Assembly: GCA_905331295.1 (NCBI GenBank)
Contig: CAJNYD010000117.1
Coordinates: 186,001 to 250,000, forward strand
Direction: 5' to 3'
Source of the DNA: Rotaria socialis
Lineage: Eukaryota
DNA length: 64,000 nt
The position numbers and the translations under genes were made by a program. Below the pieces are notes generated by a model. It was not told where the DNA came from. It made no database searches and saw nothing but the letters and a program-made list of their open reading frames with translations. Of the stretch, positions 51,960-64,000 are shown piece by piece (the first letter of the stretch is position 1; each line of letters starts with the position of its first letter).

Positions 51960-54900
51960 TTAGTTAATTGTCCTTGTTCTCGTTCGATAATTTACAGTTA
52001 GTTCCGTTTGATATTTTTTTGTTGAACCAAACCAATGCACTTTACTTAGGAAAAATGACTTGATGGTTTTTGGTCTTCGAAATTTATCAGTAGAATCAAT
52101 TTGTCTAACAAATTCTTCTTGATTTTCATCACCAATATTTGGTATAGATAATGAACCACGACTCTCTAAGGTTTGTTGATGTTTCGAGAAATGTTTCGAT
52201 TTTTTCAATGGTTTTGGTGAGACAACTTCAGTGTGTGGATTACTTCTTCGTCTTGAATTCATAGCACAATTAACGGGTGGCTCATCTGATGCTTGCCGTT
52301 CTAGTTGTTGTGATGGCGAATTCAATGGGGGTGTTTTAACATTCCGCGAAATACACCGGCCGCATGTAAATACAACTTTAATCATTGAAATAAATTTATG
52401 TCGAAATAATTTTCCTGACAATGAATATAATAAACAATTGGTTGATGAATTAAATAGATCAGTAAAAAGAAATAATGCTAATGAATCTTTTATTTGTGGA
52501 CATTGTGCTATTGAAACAACATATAATGTATGACAATAAAACATGGTTAGAAATATTGGTATACCCCATGATATTGTTATGATAGAAAAACTCTCAATTA
52601 ATATGACAAGTAATGCGCGTATATCATTTTGTAAACGTCTTCTATGGTGATTATTTCCTTTCGTACGTTTTAAATATTTTAGATTTGGAGAAAAATAAAT
52701 AACTTTTAAGGAAAATAAATTTGCTAAAAAGACTATAAACGATGGTAATGCATTACCAAAAAATATTGCCATCATATGACGATTAAATGTAAATGATAAT
52801 GAATGAAGAAAATCGTATAATTTAAAGTAAACAGAATACATTAAAGTTACTTGACATAAACGATCTTCAAATAATTCTATGAATACATCTGCCAATGTTT
52901 TTTTTTGAAAATGTTCAAATAAAACTGATGTATTCGATAAATTCGAATTGCAATCATATATGGTCGGCAATAAATTTGCTATGCTTTCAGATATTTGCGC
53001 ATCGCGACTGGCCACTAATGATTTAGTCAGAGAATAGAATTCCGATGAACTTCGAGTAATTGAACAATGAGACTAAAAGAAAAATTTCATTTTGTCTATA
53101 AATGAGAATTCGATAGAAGATCAACAATTTTGGAAACGGATCACTTTTTTTCAGAAATCCTGTAGTATTTCCGGGTTGGTCACTGTATAAAACCATTCAA
53201 AGGTTTCCATGAAAATAATTTTTCGAATAAACACCAAAAAAGTCGTTAGTAATGACCCTTATTCTGAAACATTTCGAAATTTGTTCTAATTAGAAGTGCT
53301 TAGCTTTTGTATTTAAGTGTCTATTAGCAGTAATTGATAGTCATAATTCAACAACTAGTTCGTGATCTTATAAATAAAATGGTACTCTTAATTTTTAACA
53401 ATTATTACAATGTACTTATTACTGTATGTCAACAAATTGCTATGCAATTAGTATACAAGTCAAAATCTGACACATCAATGTACGATATATTTATATCATA
53501 GGAATATATTGGACAAACATCTATAAGATAACTAAAAATAGTTCATGATTGCTGTCTTAAAAGATGAAGTCCTTGCAAGAACTTTGGTGTTACTTGATAA
53601 TCTGTACGAATAAGAATCTATAGAATTAAAGGGTAAAATTTCAATCCAAGATCGTGTTTTTTCTTCGTTAGAAATTCTAAAAGTTGTTCAGATGTATTAA
53701 ATCTTTGCATGCATCATTTAAATTCCATTATAGGTTTCCATTCCTTTACTCAAATGCTTCAGACGGAATGAATAGATATATGAATCCTGATGTCGTCGAT
53801 GCTTGACATGCAAAACATTGTATTCGCATGATTTTTTTACTTTGTCGATACGCTTTTTATAGTTTGGAAAATTTTAGTGCGCAAAAGAAAGACGCTTCCG
53901 AATTGATATTATGATCTAAAGCATATGCTTCAATTACTTTGATATTCTATTCAAAAGTAGAAACCATCCAAGTGTCTTTAATAGCTACATGTCGTGAAGA
54001 ATCCCCCTCACTACTTTTGTGAAACACGACTTGAAAGAAGTGTTGAAGTGTTTAGAGTAGAAATGTTGTACCCCCTTCCCCCTAATCACAGACCATTGCC
54101 GACAGCTTAGGAGACCGTTGGAAACCGTGGCCGACGCCTCAACTACTTAGTTAATTAACTAATTACTATGCAATTATTTAATTGACCATCACAGATGATC
54201 TTCAGAGACCATCACGCAGCGTGACAGACTATCTTCGGACCTGCCACAGCCCATCAGAGATGCTGTTCCAGCCTAGCGCAGATCATCACTGGTAGCGGCA
54301 AAAGAGCTGTCTCACCAAATCAACAAAGAACTCCCGTGGATACACCATCTCGATTCTTGATAGATGGGTTCAAGGCGACCCGACAAAATCCAATGGCTTA
54401 GTTTCGTCGTGGGTTATTTCAGTTTAAGCAATCTCATGAATAAAAATAGTCGTGCCTAGACTGACAAAATGGTAACTGTTATTTTAATGTATTGTAAAAC
54501 GAATTGAACAAAACCGAAACAGGAAATGCAAATGTCAATACATTGGCAAGAAAATCATTTTTTCTTGTTTGAATTCCTCTAAATTATAATTTTCTAGTTA
54601 TGAAAATCTAGATTAGTACGGGTAATTTCTTTCTCCTAATTAGCAATCAGTAAAATATATGATATTTGCTTCTTGAGTCATGATATAAGGGTGTTTATCT
54701 TTTTGTTTCAATCTCCATAGTGCATGATTTATTTCTGTTTTACATTCAGCACAGTGTCATGTTGTAATAAAGAACGTACTCAAATGTTTTTTTACACATC
54801 AATTTTCTCATTGAGCTGTTATGAAAATCAATAGCATATTCTATTAATATAATTCTTATAGAATTAATATAAAAAGAAGATTGAAATATTATCTTACAAA

Positions 54901-56434
54901 AACAAAATCATGAATCTGTCCGATGGGTATCAATTGCTATAGAATAAATTAGTAGACCAACAGAATCTGCAATACATTGAAAGTTTCTTAAGATTTAATA
55001 CTAGCAATTGGGTGCTTAATTTTAATGAATTAATAGACTAATTTAATAGAGGTCAAGTAGGTATATATTGACTTTCTACGCGATAATCGAATACTGTATG
55101 CGATGTCAAACGTCTGTATCTATTTAAAGAAAAATGTTTTCTATATTCAAAAGTTTGCTTTTGCTGTTTCATTCATTTTCAAAGTAAGAATAAACATAGG
55201 GAACATTCAATGCAATCAAGCAATTAATTTTTTCTTCCAAATGAATGAATTTATGTATCAAGGACAAGTTTTTTTCTTCTAAAAGCTTTATCATCGAATA
55301 AACAGCAACAACAAGTAGCACAATCACACGTAGTAACTATCGCTTTTATTTCAATTAATAAATTTACTTTAAAAAAAAAGAACAAATGAAATCCATTGAG
55401 ACTAGACATTTTACTTTAGAGTTAGGTGAGTCTTTTTTTCAAATAGTTAATTACAATTTCAACTATCCTCAAACGTTAAAATTTTGCTCTCGTACGGGAC
55501 ACACGCTAAAATGTACGAAAATTTACTAAAGTTAACAACCGGTTGGATAGAATTTATAACAAGCGTCTTCAGTTGAATTTATTTAAGCTAAACTGATTCT
55601 ATTGAATAAGTTATATAACCCCTAAATAACCAAAGTGCTTTCGTTTCTTATAGTCTGGTGCACACAGATCTAATAGTTTCAATTCAATGGAGAAAAACAA
55701 ATCTATTTTCATACCTGATTTACTCTTGACATTGAACTATTACCCCGATTGATATTTAATGTTTGAAAAATACAATAATACTTATCGATTAATTCATCAT
55801 AACGATCATATAGAAAGTTTGAATAGAATTCCTTTGCCTGTTTATTATCCATTACTAATTGAAATATTTCCATATAAACATAAGGATCTGTTGATTTTCC
55901 GCATTGTACACCCATCCATTCAAAACAAGTTATAAATAAAGCAATCAAAACACTAGTTATACAAGCCAAAACAGCACAAAAGCGTGTTTCACGATATGAT
56001 AGTGAGAAAAATGTCCGTGAACGTTGAATACTTAATATGGCAAGTAAAATCGTTGAAGCACGAGTCCATAAAACTTTATACAGCATCCATTCAAGGCAAA
56101 ATTTTCCCATAAATGAATAAACAAAATCAGTTAAATTATGAATGATTTTCTCATTCAATGTGCATAATAAAGATGATTTCTCAACCATATCGGATTGCCG
56201 ATCGAGCATTTCACTATAACCAATTAGCAACGTCGTTGAATCGCTTATTAGTAAGCAAATAAAATAGATCGCTATAGGTTTATGAATGAATGTGTTCGAA
56301 CAAAATACAATAATGCAGAATATATTAGAAAGTAAACTTAAAAAATGTATCGACGGCATTAATAAACACCAAACTAATGTTGAACCAGTAAATACACTTG
56401 GTGTGTATGTATTGTTTGTCAGACAATTATCCAT
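51960..56434 (-). CDS. Rhodopsin-like (class A) GPCR, ~610 aa; exons 56434-55715, 53072-51960
   Basis: TM1 SNIFCIIVF, TM2 LLISD, TM3 LLAILSIQRS, TM5 LPSFIVFLAN, TM6 WGIP and TM7 FNSSTNCLLYSLSGKLFR. A phase-0 intron joins the two ORFs. Confidence 0.85.
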
Positions 56435-59387
56435 CTATGTATGACGAAGAGAATGTGAGGTTTCCTTTTTGTTCAAGCCTTTAGGGGCCTTTTTAGAATT
56501 ACATGGGAATATTATCTTAAAAAAAAAACAAGAAAATATCAAATATGTCAAATTTTATTATTAATTATTCAGAAATACGATGAGTACTTCGTCATAAAAA
56601 TTCTCTTTTGAGTATATGAAAAAGAGAATAAAACAACCATTAAGAACTTATGAAAGTATATATATATATATATATGGAAGTTTCCTGTAAAAAAAAATTT
56701 TACTCTTTCTTATCGATAGAATGCATTTTTTTCTCTCTAATTTCAATATCTGCGAGAAATTCTTTTCTTTTGCTGTCATTCGTTATTTTTGATAATTAAG
56801 ATATCTTTGACAAGTTTCATGTAGATTGGATTTATTGAACAGCATGATGCATTTAATCAAAGCATAATTGAATAAGATCCTCAGGGAACAACTCCTATGA
56901 TCAGCAAGTCAAAAACACGCATAGACAAATTTATATACCTGTTTATTAAAAATGTTCAAAGTCAGAATGAATGAAATCAGTGTAACAATACAATATTTAA
57001 ATAATTGTTTTTCCTAGTATTGCATATAACTTTGTCGACTCGGGAGAAGAGAAACATGAGAAGTTTTACATATAGGAACGATACAGGAAGAAGCAAACAT
57101 TTACGATAATTATAGAGACATGCGTAAGATGCATAATTTAAAAAAAAACTGCATGTCTGCAAGCTTGAATAACAATGAACCGAGCATTTGCTAATAATTA
57201 AACATGAGAAAAACGTTAGATCGGCAAGTTCATACAAGCAAATTTCAAACAAAGATCTTTTTCTTTCTGACTCCGATTTCGTTCTTCGGAAAGGTTCCGT
57301 CATTACTTATAATATACAACATACATCATGAAATCAGTGAGATAGTGTGTCGCACTTAACTACATTGCATGACCTAAGCAAGGAAAATATTGAAAATTCG
57401 CGTCTACGTTACTTCTCTTATTTTTTGTTGTCGATATCTGCCTACTTTATCTGATTGGACAAAGCATCATGATATCAAATTAATTATATTAAACATGTAC
57501 GATTAGATAAATTAATTTTTTGAACTGATTCACTCGAGAAAAAAATATTGACTGGAATAAGAATTTATACTAATTACTTTCCAGAGGGAAAAGTAGCTAA
57601 ATCGCTACGGCTGCTTTAGATATTTTCTTTGTACTATTAATTGCAGCTGTTTGACGATGATAATCAATTTTGTATAGCATCATAGAAAGCATTCGGAAAA
57701 ATGGGCTGACAAAACGTGAAATTACGAGTCTTGACAGTAGCAACGTATATTAAAAAAGAAACAAGAGTATAGAGTACCGTTTCAGCAATCTTGACGACTG
57801 TAATCATCATTCTAGATTGACCGATAAATAAGTTAACTAACAAAAAACATACACATGCTGCCGATGATATTCGCTCTAATGATCGACTATAATTATTATC
57901 TATATTGTCTTCAAAAATCCTATAATCTATAGAAGCGTGGGAAAAGAAAAATCGTTCTATGGAACTTATTTATTAATTAGATGCTAGTTGAATATTCCGG
58001 CCGGATAATTATATATACCAGTGAAATCGCCTATTAGGTAACAATATTGTAGTTACAATTCAACTCTAAGTTCAAAAAGAATAAAGAACAAAAACACTGA
58101 TAGTTTGGAACACAAACAGATAGTAACGGAATGTTGATTGATAAAGTAAACAAGTCATCATTTCTTAAGTAATGTTCATGCTGTCTTACTTGAGGAATAT
58201 AAGAAAAAAGAGAAAGAAAAATAGAGAATCTGAATTTTTTTTATTTCTATGAAGAAAAAAAAAATTCGTCTGAAAAATTTCTTGCATTTCTATATTAACA
58301 TATAGTCTGAACAATGAATCAAATGAAGTGTACTTGAATAAAATTTTATTACTGCCATACATGATAAAGTGACTATCATTTATTTATCAAAACTAAAAAA
58401 GGAAGATTTTCGAGATAATACAAAAAACATATTCTAACGATCATATTAAACTAGTTTCCCTATGAAATAAAATATTATTTGTTCAATATATATATATATA
58501 TATCTAGTCGTCTAACCCATCCAATCACAGATGCATAGATTGTTTATACAGAAAACAAATTAATAATAACGTTTTATTTACGGAATAATGAAAATTCGTG
58601 TGAATGACTTGCATATATAACGAGAGAAGGTTGACTCTATTCAATAATTTTATTTAAATTAAACAGTCATAGCCTTTATGCGTAGTTTTGTTACTGACTA
58701 TGACTGTTTGGCCAATTGAGGAATTTACTTTTTCCTAACGAGAACTATTCATCATTCCGAATCAAATGACTCTGTAAATCAAACAGCCATTGCGGAGTAT
58801 GATTATCAATCATTCTCATCGGAAGATCGTGACACACGCCAAACAAAGAAAAAGACAACAACAACTATTGAATTACATTAATTCAATATTTTTATCTGAT
58901 TTAGAATATAATTACTAGACTATGTCAGACATTTACTTGAACTAATAAAATCATAAAAGTACAAAAACAAAATTCTATATGTAAAATCTTCCAGTTTTGT
59001 ATTACGGTAAAGTATAATCGATACTTTGTATGTTCACTTGGTACAAATGAAGAAAAGCGCGTTGTTTCAATTCGAAACATCTAATAATCTTCTCTTAAAA
59101 TCATCGATACAGTAAATGATAGGAAGTCTCTCAAAACAAAAGTGTACGATGCTACTGTTTAACTATGTTCACAAAAAAGCCGATTCTTTGGTTTCTGGTT
59201 GCATGCACACATTCAAAGTTCATTATTATTCATGCCAAAGAATTAGTGACATTTTATGCTAAGATGGTCTTATATTAATCTTGAACCTCGTAATCAGATA
59301 CATGATAATTATCGAATAACTCAGACACATCCTCTCTGTAACGATAAATATGGCCCTCGTTGGTTGATCTATTAAGACAGACTGAGG

Positions 59388-59689
59388 GTGTCCAAGGACT
59401 GATGATTAGGAATTCTTCATCAGTTCCTCTACAGTTTCTTGCATACTAAAGGTAAAAATATGGAATGTTCACGATAGTTTTTATTCTTACACTCATTTTC
59501 ACTTGCAAAATTAGAAGAATCAATAATTTGGTGAAAAAATTATTTTTAAAACAGCAATATCGCGACTTTCGTGAATGGTGGAACTGTGACGGAGCCGATA
59601 GTTGATTCCTATTTCCTCTAAGAATTATCACAGTGGCACTGACAATTCCTCGGCACATTAGGAATTCCTATTTCTCAGTCCTTGGACAC
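59388..59689. mobile_element. ~300-bp MITE with 15-bp TIRs
   Basis: GTGTCCAAGGACTGA...TCAGTCCTTGGACAC with internal (AGG)AATTCCT repeats. Confidence 0.7.
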
Positions 59690-59900
59690 TGCTGTTTCTC
59701 GTGATAGTTCGGATTCGGTCTCCGGTGCCTATTATGTGTCTCATTAAAGTGCTATGATTAAGAAAAAAACATTTCTGAGCCTAAATGAAGAAATTTCATG
59801 TAAAGTAAAAGATACTTTTACATAATGCGTTATAGCATATCTTGGGATATTAATCCTAATGAATACAGCTAATTTTAACTGATTATATGAAGCGAAATCT

Positions 59901-60296
59901 AACTAGATGGTATTCAAGTTTTACTCGAATACAAAATGCGATGCGAAGCAGGAATCTCGATCCAGGAAAAATCTTCAATTCAGAGAAATCTTGAATACTT
60001 TTTTATGTCGACATAATGAAATTCATCACTGAGAAAACTCCATTCTTACTTAGCGATATATTCTTAAAGATCGATTTCGATTGATCGATTAATTATCTCC
60101 ATGNAAAACCACATAAAAGATGCGTACGATCTCAATTAAAAAAGGAAAAAAAAAAAACTCGCGACGGACTACAGAAATGCTTCTGCTTCGCATCGCATTA
60201 AAAAACTCGCGACGGACTACAGAAATGCTTCTGCTTCGCATCGCATTAAAAATTCGCGACGGACTACAGAAATGCTTCTGCTTCGCATCGCATTAA
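59901..60296 (-). mobile_element. Non-autonomous Helentron/HINE (DINE-1-like) element with a triplicated 5' terminus; spans an N gap
   Basis: Subterminal inverted repeat AATGCGATGCGAAGCAG/CTGCTTCGCATCGCATT, a 3' hairpin (59910-59932) followed by CTAGTT on the minus strand, and three tandem 47-48-bp copies at 60153-60296. Confidence 0.65.
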
Positions 60297-60489
60297 TAAG
60301 ACTATAAATTATTTCATTTAATTATACATATAAAAATTTAGTTTTCTTCTCTCAAAAGCTTTTTTTGTCTACAGTAACGATAAATTATCAAGAAACTATG
60401 GAAAAATCAAATTGAGTTCTTATTTTACTGTAATATAAAAACTAATCAATAAATGGTGTTTACGTTCTTGACAGGACGCTTTACTGTAA

Positions 60490-61050
60490 CACAGTATTAT
60501 AGAGTTTATTTCCTATGTTCTTGATGAAATATCTTTAGAAGATCGCTGCTTCACATATTGGAATCGGTACCTTAGAGCTTTATCTAATTCAACTGATAGA
60601 AATCTAATTTTTGAAAAAACTAATCTTGCAGAATTTAGGAAAAGCTGGTCAGATAATGAATTTTCTATCAAGGGATTAAGAAGGTCTAAAAGATTTGTCT
60701 CCCATACATCAATATTAGAAACAGTTTTAACTTGGCTCTCGTCAGCACCTTCTAGCTCTTCTATACCTGATTATGATATGTCTGAAATAAATTTACTTCT
60801 TCTTTTTTCCTGATTCTTTCTGTTAAAGCTGTTCTTTGTTTTCTTCGTCTATTTTAACTTTTTTTGTGTGCTGCGTGTTGTGTGTGGTTGGTTCCATATG
60901 TATGTCCGTTCTTTTTTCTTTTGTTTGTTCTCTACGTTCTTCTGCGTTTCATTCTCTATGTGATTGTCTCCTTATTCTTCCTTCTCTTTTCATCTGTGGT
61001 ACTGTTAGGATCTTATGGTCGCAGTTATTGCATATATAAAAAAATAGAAA
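60490..61050 (+). mobile_element. Probable 3' end of a 5'-truncated non-LTR retrotransposon (ORF C-terminus, pyrimidine-rich 3' UTR, A-rich tail)
   Basis: Stop-free 107-codon frame 60490-60813 with no early start codon (EISLEDRCFTYWNRYL...LRRSKRFV...). It is followed by a T-rich region and TATATAAAAAAATAGAAAA. The element class is an inference. Confidence 0.5.
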
Positions 61051-61229
61051 ACACAGTATCATAGAATCCAAAACGAATAGATTAATTGTTGATATCGAGC
61101 AAGGGGAGAAAAGCTGATTCCGTGATTCTATGTAGTTCTGTTGATTCCATTGATTCTGTGTGATTCCATCGGCGCTGGAATCACTATGAGTATCACTGTA
61201 TTTCTCGACTAGAATGTCTTAACATCAAT

Positions 61230-62190
61230 AGGAACATTATAGAAATGAATTCTGAAGACTTGCGATCATTCCATTCAATAGGAAAATCAGTTCACTAATG
61301 ATCGCAAGAATCATTGAGTCGAGCACAAGAGGCATTACCTGTATATTGCTGAATCTCAGCGAAAAGCGTATCAGTTCTCATTTCACAACAATAAAGTAAC
61401 GTATTAAGGCGATATCTAACTGACCAATGAACCAGTGCGGTTTTTTTTCATTGTTTTATCATGACCACTCAACGGATTACAGATCGCAAGTGACCTTTCT
61501 CGTCCGGTAATGATGTCAAAATGTTAGATTTGGTTGGAATCAACATTAAGTCATGAAAAATAATGGGATTACTGTTGTTTCTCGCGTTTTCATTATTTTC
61601 CATCCTGATTACCGCTGTTGCTTTGATTTCGAAACCGGAGCTCATAGTTAATATATACAGTCTGTGAAAGTTCGATGGTATGGAGAGAGGAGTACTCAAT
61701 CATCAAGAAGTGAAGGATCGTCAAGAGAGTAAGCTCCAAAAATTATAAAACAGCCTGAGCGCTCAAGTAGCTGACTTCAGTGTTCATTTTGCTTTCTGTA
61801 TCAAAACACAAAATATAGTCTATAGATTTCATTCGGGCGTCATTATTTGTTACTCCCCAGACGGAGAGAGTGTGAGGGTGGAACAGCAGCATCACAGAGA
61901 ATATACAAAAGCTACTTTGTGGGACTGAAATTGTGTATTTCCGACCAATCGCGTTGAAGTCGTCATTAGTTAAGCTAAAAACTGCAAACATATCTTGTTG
62001 TACGTATTCAGTGTCAACAGAGCGCAACAGAAGATAGCTTAGCCAATTGGATTGAAAAAGACATTCATTCTCCATTTCAGTTATAAACGAGAGCCTCTCA
62101 CGCCTACCGTAGGTCCTTGTAGAAAGAGAAGTTGTCGATTCTTCGTGACTCACAACTTCTTACTGTCTATTGTACTTGGCCTGGCACTAA
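61230..62190 (-). pseudogene. Decayed coding remnant of unknown family
   Basis: Adjacent same-strand ORF pieces (62153-61743, 61699-61469) in more GC-rich DNA, linked by apparent frameshifts and stops. No family was recognised. Confidence 0.35.
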
Positions 62191-64000
62191 TTGAATTATT
62201 TGGCACGCTCCTAAAATGTACGTTTTTCTGAATCCAAAAGAATCCGATGGCATTGTAATTAATGAGTTTTGAAAATCGATAGATAGGACCCGATTGACTC
62301 TGATTGCTAAATTAGAAAATTCACGACAGCATCATGTTTTCAAGGAATCGCAAAACAAAGTCAAATGTGTGACTGTAGCCAAAATGTATTGATCTCTTTC
62401 ATTTTCGCTTATTTTTTATTCGAAATACAGATGTATAAAACACTAATCTACGTAAAGTATGACACAAGAGAGATCGCATAGGTCGAAAACTTTCTCATTT
62501 CCTCATTCATCAAAGGCGATAGAAATTTGCAATTGTAAGAGTTTTGGCGCAGGTTACATCGAAGAGTATTGATATCTTAATTGGCTAAAGAATATGATTG
62601 GTCATTTAGTCTTACTGCACTAAGCAAAGATAAATGAATCCTTTATCTTTAGGAAATAGCGATCAGTAAATCTTTTATCTTAATTCTTTAATATCAAGTA
62701 AATTAAAGATAAAGGATCTCCCCTATTTCAGAGCAGTTTCTAGCGTATCAAACAGACTCATGCCGCTGATTCCAGCAGCCAGTCAAGTTTTCTAGGCATT
62801 CTAACTTGGAAAAGTTGAAAACTGCTTGGGGGCCTGATTATGTACCAGAAAATTGTTAGATACTTTGGTTGATATCGTAAAAGCAGTCCGAAAACTTATC
62901 ACTTTAGTCTCACGAGGACTGAAAATATGGAATTCAGAAACTCTATTTATTGTATACTTGAGATAAAATGCGAAAGGGCTTCAAATAACTTAACAGATAA
63001 ATCATCCAAAACGATTACAACTTTTTATAGCTGATACGAGAGCTCGTATATTTAATCATGTGGGAAATGTGTCCATGTATTGCTATTATTCAAGCAGTTT
63101 ATTAGATTCATTTAATATTGTTAGACTGAAAACGTTTTTTCTATTGTGAAATACATTACATCTTCAATGCATCAATTCTTTTCTTCCAATGCTAATATGC
63201 GACACACGTTATATGAAGTGTAAATATCATTTTATTCTTTCAATCGTCTATTTGACTACCATACTAACTTGCTATATACATTGATTTAATCATTTAGGAA
63301 GAGTCCGAGAAACTATTGCTTGTTTTGACAAATTATGACATATAAGTTGAGTTTTTTCTAAATTTGCAATTCAACTATTTCATAATTTTACATGGTGCTC
63401 ATCCTATTCTTACTCTGTTAAATGAATAATGGCTTCGATCTACTGAATGACATCTACAATGACACGATTTCGTTATGTATTAAATACTAAAACTTGCCAT
63501 ATTTAGACTACGTAGTGAGGGTGTGCAATGTTTTAGAATGATATAACCATCGTTATTGCTTACACGCATTTTCTCTATACTACAGAAATCTACCCAAGGA
63601 TCTTTGACTTTGTTCTTTCCTTCTCGGTCGTCATTGCTAAAACGAAGAGCAAGTTGAGAAAACCTAGATTTAAACCGGCAAACGTGTGTATTTTCTTCGA
63701 AAGTATACAGAAGTTTCATAAGAACCTGCTTCTTTGCTGTAAAATGGTGAAATTAATTCTACTACTCGATGAAAAACTGCCAAAAAACGACTTAACTGCT
63801 TCTAACCAATGAAATTTATTCGATCAAGTATGATAAGAAGCGGAGACATGTATTTCTTAGATGTTTCATTCCATGTGATTCCGATGATTATATTGCCATA
63901 GAATCATCTTTTCTCCTTGATATCGAGGCTATTGAAATTTGTAATGATTACACGGGTCTATTTGTATTACGTATCTCATTTGGTTTTTGCAACGCAGACT

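Noticed and set aside
54085..54300. Loosely repeated GACC-containing ~10-bp motifs in the GPCR intron
   Set aside because: Too degenerate to define a unit or boundaries; probably an old repeat.
60153..60296. CRISPR-like array
   Set aside because: The units are head-to-tail with no unique spacers, the context is eukaryotic and there are no cas genes.

Overview
AT-rich eukaryotic genomic DNA with many short (mostly 48-65 bp) GT-AG introns. It is most likely from a bdelloid rotifer (inference from intron size, F-box/LRR-like and divergent GPCR families, interstitial TGTGGG repeats and many foreign-looking genes). Spliced gene models were built by hand. Conserved metazoan genes: BCAS2/SPF27, NPDC1/CAB-1, a GTSF1/Asterix-like CHHC zinc-finger gene, a PRD-class S50 homeobox gene, a rhodopsin-like GPCR and two Ly6/three-finger-like genes. 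Candidate horizontally acquired genes: a MerT-like transporter fused to an HMA (GMxCxxC) domain with an intronless CDS, a fungal/plant-type ZIP transporter, a DUF4139-like secreted protein, and a membrane-anchored protein with a bacterial-type Cys/Trp-rich ectodomain. Also present are several pseudogenes and many transposon remnants: Ty3/gypsy, piggyBac, a probable LINE 3' end, an EnSpm-like element, a Helentron-like element with a triplicated 5' end, and several MITE families, one with arms built from telomere-like repeats. All family assignments come from motif recognition by eye; no searches were run.
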